Positions 9,762 to 19,049 of a stretch of DNA of 64,000 bases are shown here, piece by piece (within the stretch, counting starts at the first letter, position 1; every line of letters starts with the position of its first letter). Source of the DNA: Chthoniobacterales bacterium (GTDB lineage: Bacteria; Verrucomicrobiota; Verrucomicrobiia; Chthoniobacterales; Chthoniobacteraceae); the NCBI GenBank assembly GCA_038207335.1, contig JBBQZX010000013.1:71813-135812 (forward strand), in the 5' to 3' direction. The notes beneath the pieces were generated by a model, which saw only the letters and a list, made by a program, of their open reading frames with translations, was not told where the DNA came from and did not search any database. Made by a program: the position numbers and the translations under genes.

Positions 9762-11285
9762 TCAGGGCTGGGCGGGCGCACCCATGGCGGCGGCGATGAG
9801 GCGCTCCGGGGTGGCGTCGGCGCGGGTGAAGGTGCCGCCGATGCGACCATCGTGGAGCATGAGGATGCGGTCGCTCATGCCGATGAGCTCGGGGAGTTCG
9901 CTGGAGACGAGGAGGACGGCTTTCCCGGCGTCGGTGAGGCGGTTGATGAGTTCGTAGATCTCGAGCTTTGCGCCGATGTCGATGCCGCGCGTGGGTTCGT
10001 CGAGAAGGATGACGCTGGGCTCGGTGAGGAGGGCTTTGCCAAGGACGACTTTCTGCTGGTTGCCGCCGGAGAGTTTACCCGCGATGGCCGCGAGGCTGGG
10101 GGCTTTGATGCGGAGGGATGCGGAGAGGTCGGCGGCGGCGCGGGTCTCGGCGCTGGTGTCGATGAGGAGGCGAGGGGCGAATTTTGCGAGGGAGGCGAGG
10201 GTGAGGTTGAACGCGATGTCGTGGTCGAGGATGAGGCCGAGGCGGCGGCGGTCTTCGGTGACGAGGGCGATGCCGCGGCGGAGGATTTTGGCGGGCGGAA
10301 GGACGGGGAGTTCGCAGTCGCGGAGGTGGATGCGCCCGGCGGTGCGTGCGCCCCACGCGCCGAAGAGGTGCATGAGCAATTCGGTGCGCCCCGCGCCCAT
10401 GAGACCGCCGATGCCGAGGACTTCGCCTGGCGCGAGGGTGAAGGAGATGTCGTGCAGGCGGGCCTTGCCGGTGTGCGGGTCGGCGATGGTGAGATTTTCG
10501 ACGCGGAGGATGGCAGGCGAGAGGTCGGCGCGCGCGCGGCGGGGGAAGAGGTCGGCGATTTCGCGGCCGACCATGTGGCGGATGATCTCGCTTTTACTTG
10601 TGGCGGCGGTGTCGAGGGTGGCGATGGTCGCGCCGTCGCGGAGGACGGTGATGCGGTCGGCGATGGCAAAGACTTCGTCGAGCTTGTGGGAGATGTAGAT
10701 GCACGCGATGCCGCGCGCGCGGAGGTCGCGGAGGATGTCGAGGAGGACGCGGACCTCGTGCTCGGCGAGCGCGGCGGTGGGCTCGTCGAGGATGAGGATG
10801 CGGGAGTCTTTGCGGAGGGCTTTGACGATCTCGACGAGCTGCTTTTGCCCGACGCCGAGGCGGGAGCACTGAGCCGCGGGATCGATGTCGACGTTGAAGT
10901 TCGCCAGCACCGCGCCCGCCTCGCGATGCACGCGCGGCCAGTCGATGAGCCCGGCGCGCGTGGGCTCGGCGCCGAGGAAGATATTTTCGGCGACGGTCAT
11001 TTCCTCGACGAGGGCGAGCTCTTGGTAGATGACGGCGAGGCCCGCGCGAGTGGCATCGGCGATGGAGGAAAAGCGCGCGGTGTCGCCGCCGATGCGCAGC
11101 TCGCCGTCGTAGCTGCCATGAGGGTGGATGCCGGAGAGGAGCTTGATGAGGGTGGATTTCCCGGCGCCGTTCTCCCCGCAGAGCGCGTGTATTTCGCCCG
11201 GCCGCAGGTCGAAGGAAACATCGCTCAGCGCGACGACGCCGGGGAAGCGCTTGGTGATGGCGTGGGCGGAGAGGAGGGGGGACAT
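9762..11285 (-). CDS. xylG: Sugar (xylose-type) ABC transporter ATP-binding protein, two ABC domains
   Basis: GENGAGKSTL, GIHPHGSYDG, LDEPT x2, LSGGNQQK; start at MSPLLS. Confidence 0.88.
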   Translation of the reverse strand: MSPLLSAHAITKRFPGVVALSDVSFDLRPGEIHALCGENGAGKSTLIKLLSGIHPHGSYDGELRIGGDTARFSSIADATRAGLAVIYQELALVEEMTVAENIFLGAEPTRAGLIDWPRVHREAGAVLANFNVDIDPAAQCSRLGVGQKQLVEIVKALRKDSRILILDEPTAALAEHEVRVLLDILRDLRARGIACIYISHKLDEVFAIADRITVLRDGATIATLDTAATSKSEIIRHMVGREIADLFPRRARADLSPAILRVENLTIADPHTGKARLHDISFTLAPGEVLGIGGLMGAGRTELLMHLFGAWGARTAGRIHLRDCELPVLPPAKILRRGIALVTEDRRRLGLILDHDIAFNLTLASLAKFAPRLLIDTSAETRAAADLSASLRIKAPSLAAIAGKLSGGNQQKVVLGKALLTEPSVILLDEPTRGIDIGAKLEIYELINRLTDAGKAVLLVSSELPELIGMSDRILMLHDGRIGGTFTRADATPERLIAAAMGAPAQP

Positions 11286-11396
11286 CGCGGGGCGTGAGGA
11301 AGCCGGATCGGAGCGATTTTGAAAAGCACGGAGGCGGGCGACTCGGCGCGCAAATGTCACTTGCCGCGCGGACGGAACGCAGCATTGTCCGCCGCC

Positions 11397-12467
11397 ATGT
11401 CGCGCCCCGGACTCCACCCGCTCCGCGTCGCGCTCGCGATTTTCCTCGCCAGCGCAGTGGCGGCGATGGCGCAGCTCCCGGTGCGCGTGCTGGACTACAA
11501 CATTCACCGCGACATCGGCGCGACGGACTCGAATCTCGGGTCGCAGCCGGCGCTCGCGAAGGTGGTGAACTACTTGCGCCCGGATGTTTGGACGATCAAT
11601 GAGCTGGGTGGGAACAGCGTGACTTTCAACGAGACGAATGCGCGGACGGCACTCGTGAATTTCATCAACGGCAGTCTCACGATTTTCGGGGCGAATCCGC
11701 AGGTGGGCATCGACTACTTCGTCTATGTCGGCGAGCTGACGGACGGCTACATTACGAACGCGATCGTCTCGCGTTACCCGCTGCTCTCGACGCAGACTTT
11801 CTCCGATGCGGGCAACAGCTACGCGGCTCTGCGCGGGCTCACGATGGCGCTCGTCGATCTGCCGGGGGCGACCGATCTCGGGGTCTTCACGGCGCACCTG
11901 AAGGCGCAGAATAACACGGCGAGCGCAGAGCGCCGGCAGGCCGAAGCGGACACCGACGCGGCGACGGTGAGCGGGTGGATTTCCGGCCACATGAACACGG
12001 CAGCGGTGCTCACGGGCGACTGGAACGAGACGGAGGACGCAGGCGAAACGACGAACTGGAGCGCACACCAAATCGGCAACGCGCTGCCGAGCAACGGGAA
12101 GCCGTATCATCCGATCACGACGATGAAATCGACGGGGCTCTTCGATCCGCAGCCGCTGAGCATCGCGGGGAAGAAGGACACCATCGACTCCGCGAGTCCG
12201 AATGCGCGGTTCGACTACCTGCTCTACACGCCCGGATCGCTCAGTATCACGCGCAGCGAAATCTTCGACACGAAGCAATACTCCGCCTCCGCGCTCGCCG
12301 GGCTGAACTCCACGAACTCGACGAACTTCACCGCGGGCGACAGCGCGAGCGCGTCGGATCACCTGCCGGTCTTCGCGGTTTTTATGGTCGTGCCGGAGCC
12401 GTCGGTCGCGGTGTTTCTCGTCATGGGAATTTGCGCGGCTGGAGCGATGCGGCGGCGTCGCGGGTGA
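11397..12467 (+). CDS. Endonuclease/exonuclease/phosphatase (EEP) family protein with PEP-CTERM sorting signal
   Basis: Signal peptide; YNI, INE, HLKA, GDWNE, RFDY, SDHLPV; VPEPS-TM-RRRRG. Confidence 0.88.
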   Translation: MSRPGLHPLRVALAIFLASAVAAMAQLPVRVLDYNIHRDIGATDSNLGSQPALAKVVNYLRPDVWTINELGGNSVTFNETNARTALVNFINGSLTIFGANPQVGIDYFVYVGELTDGYITNAIVSRYPLLSTQTFSDAGNSYAALRGLTMALVDLPGATDLGVFTAHLKAQNNTASAERRQAEADTDAATVSGWISGHMNTAAVLTGDWNETEDAGETTNWSAHQIGNALPSNGKPYHPITTMKSTGLFDPQPLSIAGKKDTIDSASPNARFDYLLYTPGSLSITRSEIFDTKQYSASALAGLNSTNSTNFTAGDSASASDHLPVFAVFMVVPEPSVAVFLVMGICAAGAMRRRRG

Positions 12468-12674
12468 CGAAGCGGCGTCGTTTCGAGGGGCGAAAGTAAC
12501 GATTGCGCGAAGATGGCAGATGCCGTTTGCGCATCCCGAAATCCGCCGTAAAAGAAGCCCCGTCACCGCGCTCACTCGAGCCTCCGATGACCGCCGACAG
12601 CCCCCCGCTGGCGTTTACTTTCCGCGACCGCCAAATCCGCAATTTACTGCAAACAACACAAGCACTACGCCCGC

Positions 12675-15317
12675 ATGAAAAACGCACACATCATCCGACG
12701 CCAATCACGCCGCATCATCTCGACTCCAATCCACCGCGATCTTACTCGCTGGCTCAGCGGAGCGGTCCTTTCGCTGGGGTTCTTGTCAAGCGGCTATGGG
12801 GCGATCGTCGCTGGGTGGGATTTCAACCCTGTCTTGGCAGGAGGTGCATCTCCATTGGGCGCGAACACATTCCTTCCGAACGAAACAGTCGGCGGACTCA
12901 CTCGCGGCAGCGGGCTGACGAGCACGGGCACAGGCGGAGCGGACCGCGGCTTCGGGACTGCATCCTGGAACACCGCGGTGGATGCGGCTGCCGCTGTCGC
13001 GAACAATGACTTCATCACGTTCACGATCGCACCGTCAGCGGGATACATGCTTTCGCTGGATAGCTTCTCGCTTTTTCAATACCGGCGCTCGGCCACTGGC
13101 CCCACGAACGGCACGCTGCAATTTCAAATCGGCACCGGCGCATATTCCGATATCACGACGCTGAATTATACATCGACGAGCACCAGCGGCGCGTCGCTCC
13201 CGCTGATCGATTTGACTGGAATTCCGGCGCTGCAAAACGTTGCACCGCAAACCACCGTCACTTTCCGCATCTCCAATTACGGTGCGACGAGCACTGCAGG
13301 CACATTTTACCTTTTTGACGCCGGCACGGACCCTGGAGTCGACGACTTCGTGCTGAACGGCACACTTGGTCTGGTGCCGGCGATGGGCATTTTCTTCGGC
13401 ACGACCGGGCAGGGCGTAAATGCAGGCTCGACCGTCTTCGACACGACGACACTCGACTTTAACCCGACCAATGACGGATTGGGGACGGCGCGAGCGTTCG
13501 ACTCCAGCAAGACCGCGGTCTTCGGCGGCACCGCGGGCACGGTCACGGTCGGCACGGTTACCGCGAACGCCGGGCTGCAATTCACGACGACTGGCTACAC
13601 GCTGAACAGCGGCGCTCTCACTCTCGGCACGGTGCCCACGGTCGATGTCACAACTGTCGGCGCGGTGGGCACGATTAATAGCGCAATCTCCGGCGCGGCA
13701 GGGCTCACGAAGATCGGCCCGGGCATCCTCGCGCTCGGTGGTATCAATGATTTCACAGGGACTGCGACGATCAGTGCCGGGACGCTTAAAATTTCCACCG
13801 ATGAAAATCTCGGCAACCAGAACAACGCGATCGTGCTCGTCGCTGGCGGCACGCTTCAGGTCGCAACAGATGTGGCGCTCTCGCCGCTTCGCGCGCTCAG
13901 CGGGTCGGGCGGAATCGACGTGGCGGCGGGGAAAACGCTCACCCTTTTCGGGGTGGTGACTGCGACGGCACTCACGCTCCCAAGCGCCGGCACCCTCGAT
14001 CTTCAAAATCCGACCAACGCGATCAACGGCCTCACGATCAGCGCCGCGGCCACACTCACCGGCGCTGCAGTCTCGCTGCCCGGCGACATCACGGCGACGC
14101 AGTCAGCAGGCACCGCGACGATCGCGAATCCGCTCAACTTTGGCGGCACCTCGGGCACTATCCGCGTGCTCACCGTCGCCGATGGCTCGGCACCTGTGGA
14201 CTTGCTCCTGAGCGGCGACATCGTGAGTGCCTCGCGGCTCAGTAAACGCGGACCGGGAACGCTCCGTCTGACAGGAAACAATGGCGGCGTGGACGGCCTC
14301 ACCGGGATGACTGGCGGCACTCAGCTCGGCGTTGCGGGCACCGCTCCGATCGTCGGCGGGCGGCTCGTGATCGGCAATAAATACGCCATCGGCAGCGGCA
14401 GCTTGCAGTTCAACGATGGTACGCTCGAAGCAGAGTCCGACCTGACCGGAACGAACGCGCTCCCGGTCACGCTTTCCCTCGGCGCCGGGCAGGTGAATAG
14501 CGCGACTTTCACCGGCTCGGACATCGAGATCACAGGAGCAGTTTCCATGTTCCGCGCAACCGGTGTGGCGACTGGCTATGCGCATCGCATTACCGTTCAA
14601 AATCACCTCACCTTCTCCGGTTCATTCAACGCGAGCACGGGTTCTGGCGGCACAATTCCACTGCTGAGGATCGACGGCTCCGCATCCGGCGTGCTCACGC
14701 TTGCCGCTGCCTCCAATGCGGTCGCGGAAGGCTTCGTCGTGGACGGTCCCACGCTCGTTGTCGCGGGCTCACTGAGCGCGGATTTTGTGACGGTAAACTC
14801 CGGCGCTCTGCGCGCAGGCAATGGCTCCGCGTTTCACACGATCTTCGCCGGCGACGGCGTCGGCTCCAGCGACGCCACGCTCGCCTTCAACAGCGCGACG
14901 CCGGGCACCTCCACCGTCTCCACGGGTCTCTCGCTCGGCTCCGACGCCACACTGCAAATCCGCATCAACTCTGACCTCGGCCTCATCGACACCTTCTCCG
15001 TCGCCGGCGGCATCACGCTCGGCGATGCCGCCGGCCTGCCGATTCTCTCGTTGAATGTCCTCGGCTCCACTCCGCTGGCGCTGGGAACCGAGTTCACATT
15101 CTTGAATTCGCAGACCGCTGCCGATCCATTCATCGGCACATTTCGCAATCTTGCTGACCTCGCGCAAATCACCTCGAACGGCACCCGTTTCGAGATCGAC
15201 TACAACGCCGGCCCTGACCTCAACGACACGATCCTGCGCGTCATCCCCGAGCCCTCGAGCATCTTGCTTTTGAACCTCGGCGTTGTCCTCCTCGGCCTCC
15301 GCCGCAAGCGCGCATGA
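12675..15317 (+). CDS. Beta-helix (autotransporter-associated beta-strand repeat) surface protein with PEP-CTERM
   Basis: GLTKIGPGILAL / SKRGPGTLRLTG repeats, Gly/Thr/Ala-rich, IPEPSS-TM-RRKRA. Confidence 0.87.
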   Translation: MKNAHIIRRQSRRIISTPIHRDLTRWLSGAVLSLGFLSSGYGAIVAGWDFNPVLAGGASPLGANTFLPNETVGGLTRGSGLTSTGTGGADRGFGTASWNTAVDAAAAVANNDFITFTIAPSAGYMLSLDSFSLFQYRRSATGPTNGTLQFQIGTGAYSDITTLNYTSTSTSGASLPLIDLTGIPALQNVAPQTTVTFRISNYGATSTAGTFYLFDAGTDPGVDDFVLNGTLGLVPAMGIFFGTTGQGVNAGSTVFDTTTLDFNPTNDGLGTARAFDSSKTAVFGGTAGTVTVGTVTANAGLQFTTTGYTLNSGALTLGTVPTVDVTTVGAVGTINSAISGAAGLTKIGPGILALGGINDFTGTATISAGTLKISTDENLGNQNNAIVLVAGGTLQVATDVALSPLRALSGSGGIDVAAGKTLTLFGVVTATALTLPSAGTLDLQNPTNAINGLTISAAATLTGAAVSLPGDITATQSAGTATIANPLNFGGTSGTIRVLTVADGSAPVDLLLSGDIVSASRLSKRGPGTLRLTGNNGGVDGLTGMTGGTQLGVAGTAPIVGGRLVIGNKYAIGSGSLQFNDGTLEAESDLTGTNALPVTLSLGAGQVNSATFTGSDIEITGAVSMFRATGVATGYAHRITVQNHLTFSGSFNASTGSGGTIPLLRIDGSASGVLTLAAASNAVAEGFVVDGPTLVVAGSLSADFVTVNSGALRAGNGSAFHTIFAGDGVGSSDATLAFNSATPGTSTVSTGLSLGSDATLQIRINSDLGLIDTFSVAGGITLGDAAGLPILSLNVLGSTPLALGTEFTFLNSQTAADPFIGTFRNLADLAQITSNGTRFEIDYNAGPDLNDTILRVIPEPSSILLLNLGVVLLGLRRKRA

Positions 15318-15475
15318 GAGCCAATTGAGTGAGGCGGCATAGAAGAGCGGAGCGGGGAAATCTTCGCGAACGGCATCCTGCCGACCTCCCGCGCCTCGCT
15401 CCAATGCCGCACCCGCGCTTCTGCCAATCACCTCGACGCTGAAATATGGCGGTTCACTTTTTTCTTGCGCGCTGA

Positions 15476-15492
15476 ACTTTGCGTGACAAAGT
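15476..15492. promoter_or_regulatory. Palindromic operator ACTTTG-N5-CAAAGT
   Basis: Perfect 6-bp arms, 7 nt upstream of ATG 15500, just downstream of a TTGCGC -35-like hexamer. Confidence 0.7.
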
Positions 15493-15499
15493 AAAGCCC

Positions 15500-16204
15500 A
15501 TGACAGAACGCGCCGCAGCCGAGGAACATCTCCGCGTCATCCGCTCGCTGATGGAGCGCTCGACCATCTACCGCGCCATCTCCGCCGAAGCCGCCGCCGT
15601 CGGAGGCGTCCTCGCGATCATCGCTTCCTTCGCATTTGGAAACTGGCTGCCCTGGCGCGCGGATGCTGTATCGTCGGCAAGTGGTCTGGGCGCCGGGAAG
15701 TTCCTCGCGGTCTGGATCGCGACGTTGATCTTCGCCGCAGGCGCGAACCTGCTCTTTGTTTACCGCGCATCGACACGACGGAATGAGCCGTTCGTTTCGA
15801 GCGGAATGAAGCTCGCGATCCTGGCTTTGCTTCCCGGTTTCCTCGTCGCGGCTTGGCTGACATTTCACATCTTCTTCGGCGACGAGACCGCCTGCGTTCC
15901 TGTTTGGATCACTTGTTACGGATTGGCCTTGCTCGCTACGAAATCGTTTGCACCGAGTTCTTTGGTGAGGCTCGGCTGGGCCTTTCTGCTGGCAGGTCTG
16001 CTGTCCCTCGACGTAGTTACCTTCACCTTCGCAGAGTCTTTCTCGAAACTTCCGACGGGCGTTGAAATCGCTCGCGTCAGCAGGAACCATCTCGACATCG
16101 CGAACGGCCTCATGGCCGTTACCTTCGGCCTTTTCCACCTCATCTACGCTGCCTGCACTTGGCCGCGCGGTGCCGCGCGCGGCGAGCCCGTCGCGAAGCC
16201 ATGA
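15500..16204 (+). CDS. Hypothetical multi-pass membrane protein
   Basis: EHLRVIRSLMERS N-terminus, about 6 TM helices, FGLFHLIY near the C-terminus; adjacent to a wHTH regulator. Confidence 0.8.
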   Translation: MTERAAAEEHLRVIRSLMERSTIYRAISAEAAAVGGVLAIIASFAFGNWLPWRADAVSSASGLGAGKFLAVWIATLIFAAGANLLFVYRASTRRNEPFVSSGMKLAILALLPGFLVAAWLTFHIFFGDETACVPVWITCYGLALLATKSFAPSSLVRLGWAFLLAGLLSLDVVTFTFAESFSKLPTGVEIARVSRNHLDIANGLMAVTFGLFHLIYAACTWPRGAARGEPVAKP

Positions 16205-16208
16205 CCCG

Positions 16209-16505
16209 ATGTTCGACTTCGATAAACTCGACCGGACCATCCATGAAAAAGGTCGCCTCGGCATCATGACCCTCCTCGCCACGCGGCCGAGTTGGCCGTT
16301 CCAAGACCTCAAGGCGGAACTCGGCATGAGCGACGGAAATCTGGTCACGCATCTGCGCACGTTGCACCAGGCCGGCTATATCGCCGTCACCAAGGAAATC
16401 CTCGACCGGCCGCAGACGAGCTACTCTCTCACCGTGAAAGGGCGCGCCGCATTTCAGGAATATCTCGGCGTGCTCGAACAGATCGTGAAAGCCGGACGCC
16501 GCTGA
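16209..16505 (+). CDS. Winged-helix transcriptional regulator (ArsR/MarR-like, HTH_34 type)
   Basis: LDRTIHEKGRLGIM, FQDLK...SDGNLVTHLRTL...YI, T-x-Y-x-LT-x-KGR. Confidence 0.88.
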   Translation: MFDFDKLDRTIHEKGRLGIMTLLATRPSWPFQDLKAELGMSDGNLVTHLRTLHQAGYIAVTKEILDRPQTSYSLTVKGRAAFQEYLGVLEQIVKAGRR

Positions 16506-16521
16506 TTTTTTTTGCATTCAA

Positions 16522-16538
16522 ACTTTGCCACACAAAGC
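16522..16538. promoter_or_regulatory. Second operator copy ACTTTG-N5-CAAAGC
   Basis: Same motif and same 7-nt distance to ATG 16546; TTGCAT just upstream. Confidence 0.65.
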
Positions 16539-16545
16539 AGTCCCT

Positions 16546-17409
16546 ATGAAGATCAAAATCGCAACCCACTACGGAGTCTGCTTCGGCGTCCGCGATGCCA
16601 TCGCGCAGGCCGAGCAGCTCGCCGAAAACGTCCCGCTCACGATCCTCGGCGAGCTCGTCCACAACCCCGTCGTCCGTGACCGCCTGGCACGTCGCGGCGT
16701 CCGCGAGTCGCGCCTCGCGGACACAAGCAGTGCGAGCACATCGCACGTCATGATCACAGCCCACGGTGCATCCGACACCGCCCGCGAAGCATGGCGGCAA
16801 TCCGGCGCGACGGTCGCCGACGGCACATGCCCGCTCGTCCGCCACGCACACCAAAAGCTCGCGGCATTCGTTGCGCTCGGCTTCACGCCCGTAGTCATCG
16901 GCCAGCGCGGACATACCGAAGTCGAGGGGCTCATCGGCGATTTTCCCGGCGCATTGGTGCTGGAAAATGAGGCCGATATTCTCCACCTCCCACAAGCCGC
17001 GCGGCTCGGAATCATCAGCCAGACAACGCAACCGATCGACCGCGTCCGCGCGCTCGTCGAAGCGGTACGGCGTGCGCGACCGGGCAGCGAAATTCAATTC
17101 GCCGACACCGTCTGCCAGCCGACAAAAAACCGCCAAATTGCGCTGCAAAAACTGATTGCCGAATGCGACACGATCGTCGTGGTCGGTGGCCGCAATAGCA
17201 ACAACACGCGCCAGCTCGCCGCCGCCGCGCAGGCCGCCGGGCGCGCCACTTTCCACATCGAAAAGCCCGCCGACATTGATCCTGTCTGGTTCCGCGAGGC
17301 CCGCGTCGTCGGCATCACCGCCGGCACATCCACGCTGAAAGAAACGGTCGCGGAAGTCCGCAAACAGCTCGACGAGATCGCAGCGCAGTCCTCCATCGCA
17401 AATTCATGA
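16546..17409 (+). CDS. ispH: 4-hydroxy-3-methylbut-2-enyl diphosphate reductase
   Basis: GVCFGV, VHN, TAHG, TCPLV, GHTEV, SQTT, TVC, GGRNSNNT, TAGTST; all three Fe-S Cys present. Confidence 0.93.
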   Translation: MKIKIATHYGVCFGVRDAIAQAEQLAENVPLTILGELVHNPVVRDRLARRGVRESRLADTSSASTSHVMITAHGASDTAREAWRQSGATVADGTCPLVRHAHQKLAAFVALGFTPVVIGQRGHTEVEGLIGDFPGALVLENEADILHLPQAARLGIISQTTQPIDRVRALVEAVRRARPGSEIQFADTVCQPTKNRQIALQKLIAECDTIVVVGGRNSNNTRQLAAAAQAAGRATFHIEKPADIDPVWFREARVVGITAGTSTLKETVAEVRKQLDEIAAQSSIANS

Positions 17410-18974
17410 AAGATATCCCCGTTCCCGCTCCGCGCATGAGTTCGCCATACCCGCCACTATCTGCCCAGCCTCCGAAACCGCCCCAGCCGATCGGGAACAG
17501 TTTGCTCATCATGCTTGCGGCTCTTTGCATCGGGGACTTTTTACTTTGGCGCGCACGGCCCGGTCTTTCTCTCGCGATTTTCACCGCGATCCTGACGGTG
17601 CTCCTCGCCGCCGTGTGCGGCAGAAAAGCAAGCGCCGCGCGCGTGTGGTGCGCCGCGGGTCTGCTGCTGATCGCGTGCGTGCAGACCGCGATCGATATCT
17701 GCTTCACGAATGTGGCGGTCGTCATCGCTCTCCTGCTCATTTTGCTCGGTGAGACTTCGTTTGGAAAGCTCCCCGCCGGCTGGGCACGTTGGTGGGAGGC
17801 GTTCGTCTCGCTGTGCTGCGCGCCGGGCCGCTGGTTCTGGCTTGCGAACGCGCTGGCGCGACCTGCGGCCGCAGGCGGCGTGCCGGGGCGAAGTCATGCC
17901 GCGGCGGCGAGTCGCTGGTTTCGCATCCTCGCACCCGCAGCAGTGCTGACGGTGATCTTCGCGATCCTGCTGGGGCAGGGGAATGCGATCCTCGGCGCTT
18001 GGTTTTTTCGCGCGTGGACGGTATTCACGCGCTGGATTGCGAGCTTCGATCTCTCGGCTGAGCGGATCGTCTTTTGGGTCTTCCTCTCGACATTTTTGCT
18101 CGCGCTTTTTCGTCCGCGCCCCGGGCCGGACAAAGCGCGTCTTTTCACACAGCCGCCAGGCATCTGGCAGCGGGCCGACCCGACGCTCGCACGCTGGCAG
18201 AGCCTCGCGGTGCTCGCGATTTTGAACGTGCTCTTCTTTGTCGCGAACACGATCGACGCGATCTATCTCTGGCATAGTCAGCGAATCCCGGATGGCGTTT
18301 TGAACAAGGCGTTTGTCCACGCGGGAACGAACAGCCTCATAACCGCGACGATTCTCTCCGCGCTCGTGCTCTGCGCGATTTTCCAGCAGCAGAGAGCGCT
18401 CTCCAGGAACCGTGTCCTGCGCGGACTCGCGCACGTCTGGGTCGTGCAAAATCTCGTGCTCCTCGCCGGCGTCGGCCTGCGGCTCAAGCTCTACTACGAC
18501 GAGACGCATCTGCTCACGGCAACGCGAATTCACCTCGCGTGCTTTCTCGCTCTGGTCACGCTCGGCTTCCTTTTTCTCGTCCTCCACATCGAGCGCGGGC
18601 CGGATTTGCGGCGTCTCATTTGGAGAAATGCGGTGGCTGTTTTCGTCCTTTTTTACGCACTCCAGTTCATCGACACAACGGGCATCGCCGCGCGGTGGAA
18701 TGCGGGAAAATGGTTGCGCGATCCGGCGTGGGGCCTCGGCTACCCGTATCTCCTGGAGCAGGGTGAGGACGCGTGGCCGTCGTTGTTGAAAGTGGCGGCA
18801 GCGGATCGCTCGGAATCCTTTGTGGATGAGGCGCGGACGCAGGTCGGAGAGATTGCGTCCCGCGAGAGCAAGCGGCTGAGTCATCAGGATTGGCGAGAGA
18901 TTCAGTGGCGTCGCGACCGGAACGCGCGGGAGGTGATCGCCGCCGCCGCCGCAGTGGAGCGACTCGCCCGCTAA
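17406..18974 (+). CDS. DUF4153/DUF4173-like polytopic membrane protein
   Basis: Many TM helices; VHAGTNSL, RLKLYY...LTATRI pattern; overlaps the ispH stop (ATGA). Confidence 0.72.
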   Translation: MKDIPVPAPRMSSPYPPLSAQPPKPPQPIGNSLLIMLAALCIGDFLLWRARPGLSLAIFTAILTVLLAAVCGRKASAARVWCAAGLLLIACVQTAIDICFTNVAVVIALLLILLGETSFGKLPAGWARWWEAFVSLCCAPGRWFWLANALARPAAAGGVPGRSHAAAASRWFRILAPAAVLTVIFAILLGQGNAILGAWFFRAWTVFTRWIASFDLSAERIVFWVFLSTFLLALFRPRPGPDKARLFTQPPGIWQRADPTLARWQSLAVLAILNVLFFVANTIDAIYLWHSQRIPDGVLNKAFVHAGTNSLITATILSALVLCAIFQQQRALSRNRVLRGLAHVWVVQNLVLLAGVGLRLKLYYDETHLLTATRIHLACFLALVTLGFLFLVLHIERGPDLRRLIWRNAVAVFVLFYALQFIDTTGIAARWNAGKWLRDPAWGLGYPYLLEQGEDAWPSLLKVAAADRSESFVDEARTQVGEIASRESKRLSHQDWREIQWRRDRNAREVIAAAAAVERLAR

Positions 18975-19049
18975 GATTGCGGATTTCAGCGGGTCGTGAA
19001 TGATGCGGCTGCCGAATTCCCGGCAGCCCCAAAACACATCCCCAAATAC

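Noticed and set aside
12514..12532. Sigma54 promoter upstream of the PEP-CTERM gene (TGGCA...TTGC)
   Set aside because: GG-to-GC spacing is 12 nt rather than the required 10
11286..12575. 937-aa fused ORF 9762-12575, and similar long extensions of 4581-6281 and 51576-54113
   Set aside because: The extensions are antisense shadows of real genes on the other strand; starts were reassigned to where homology begins
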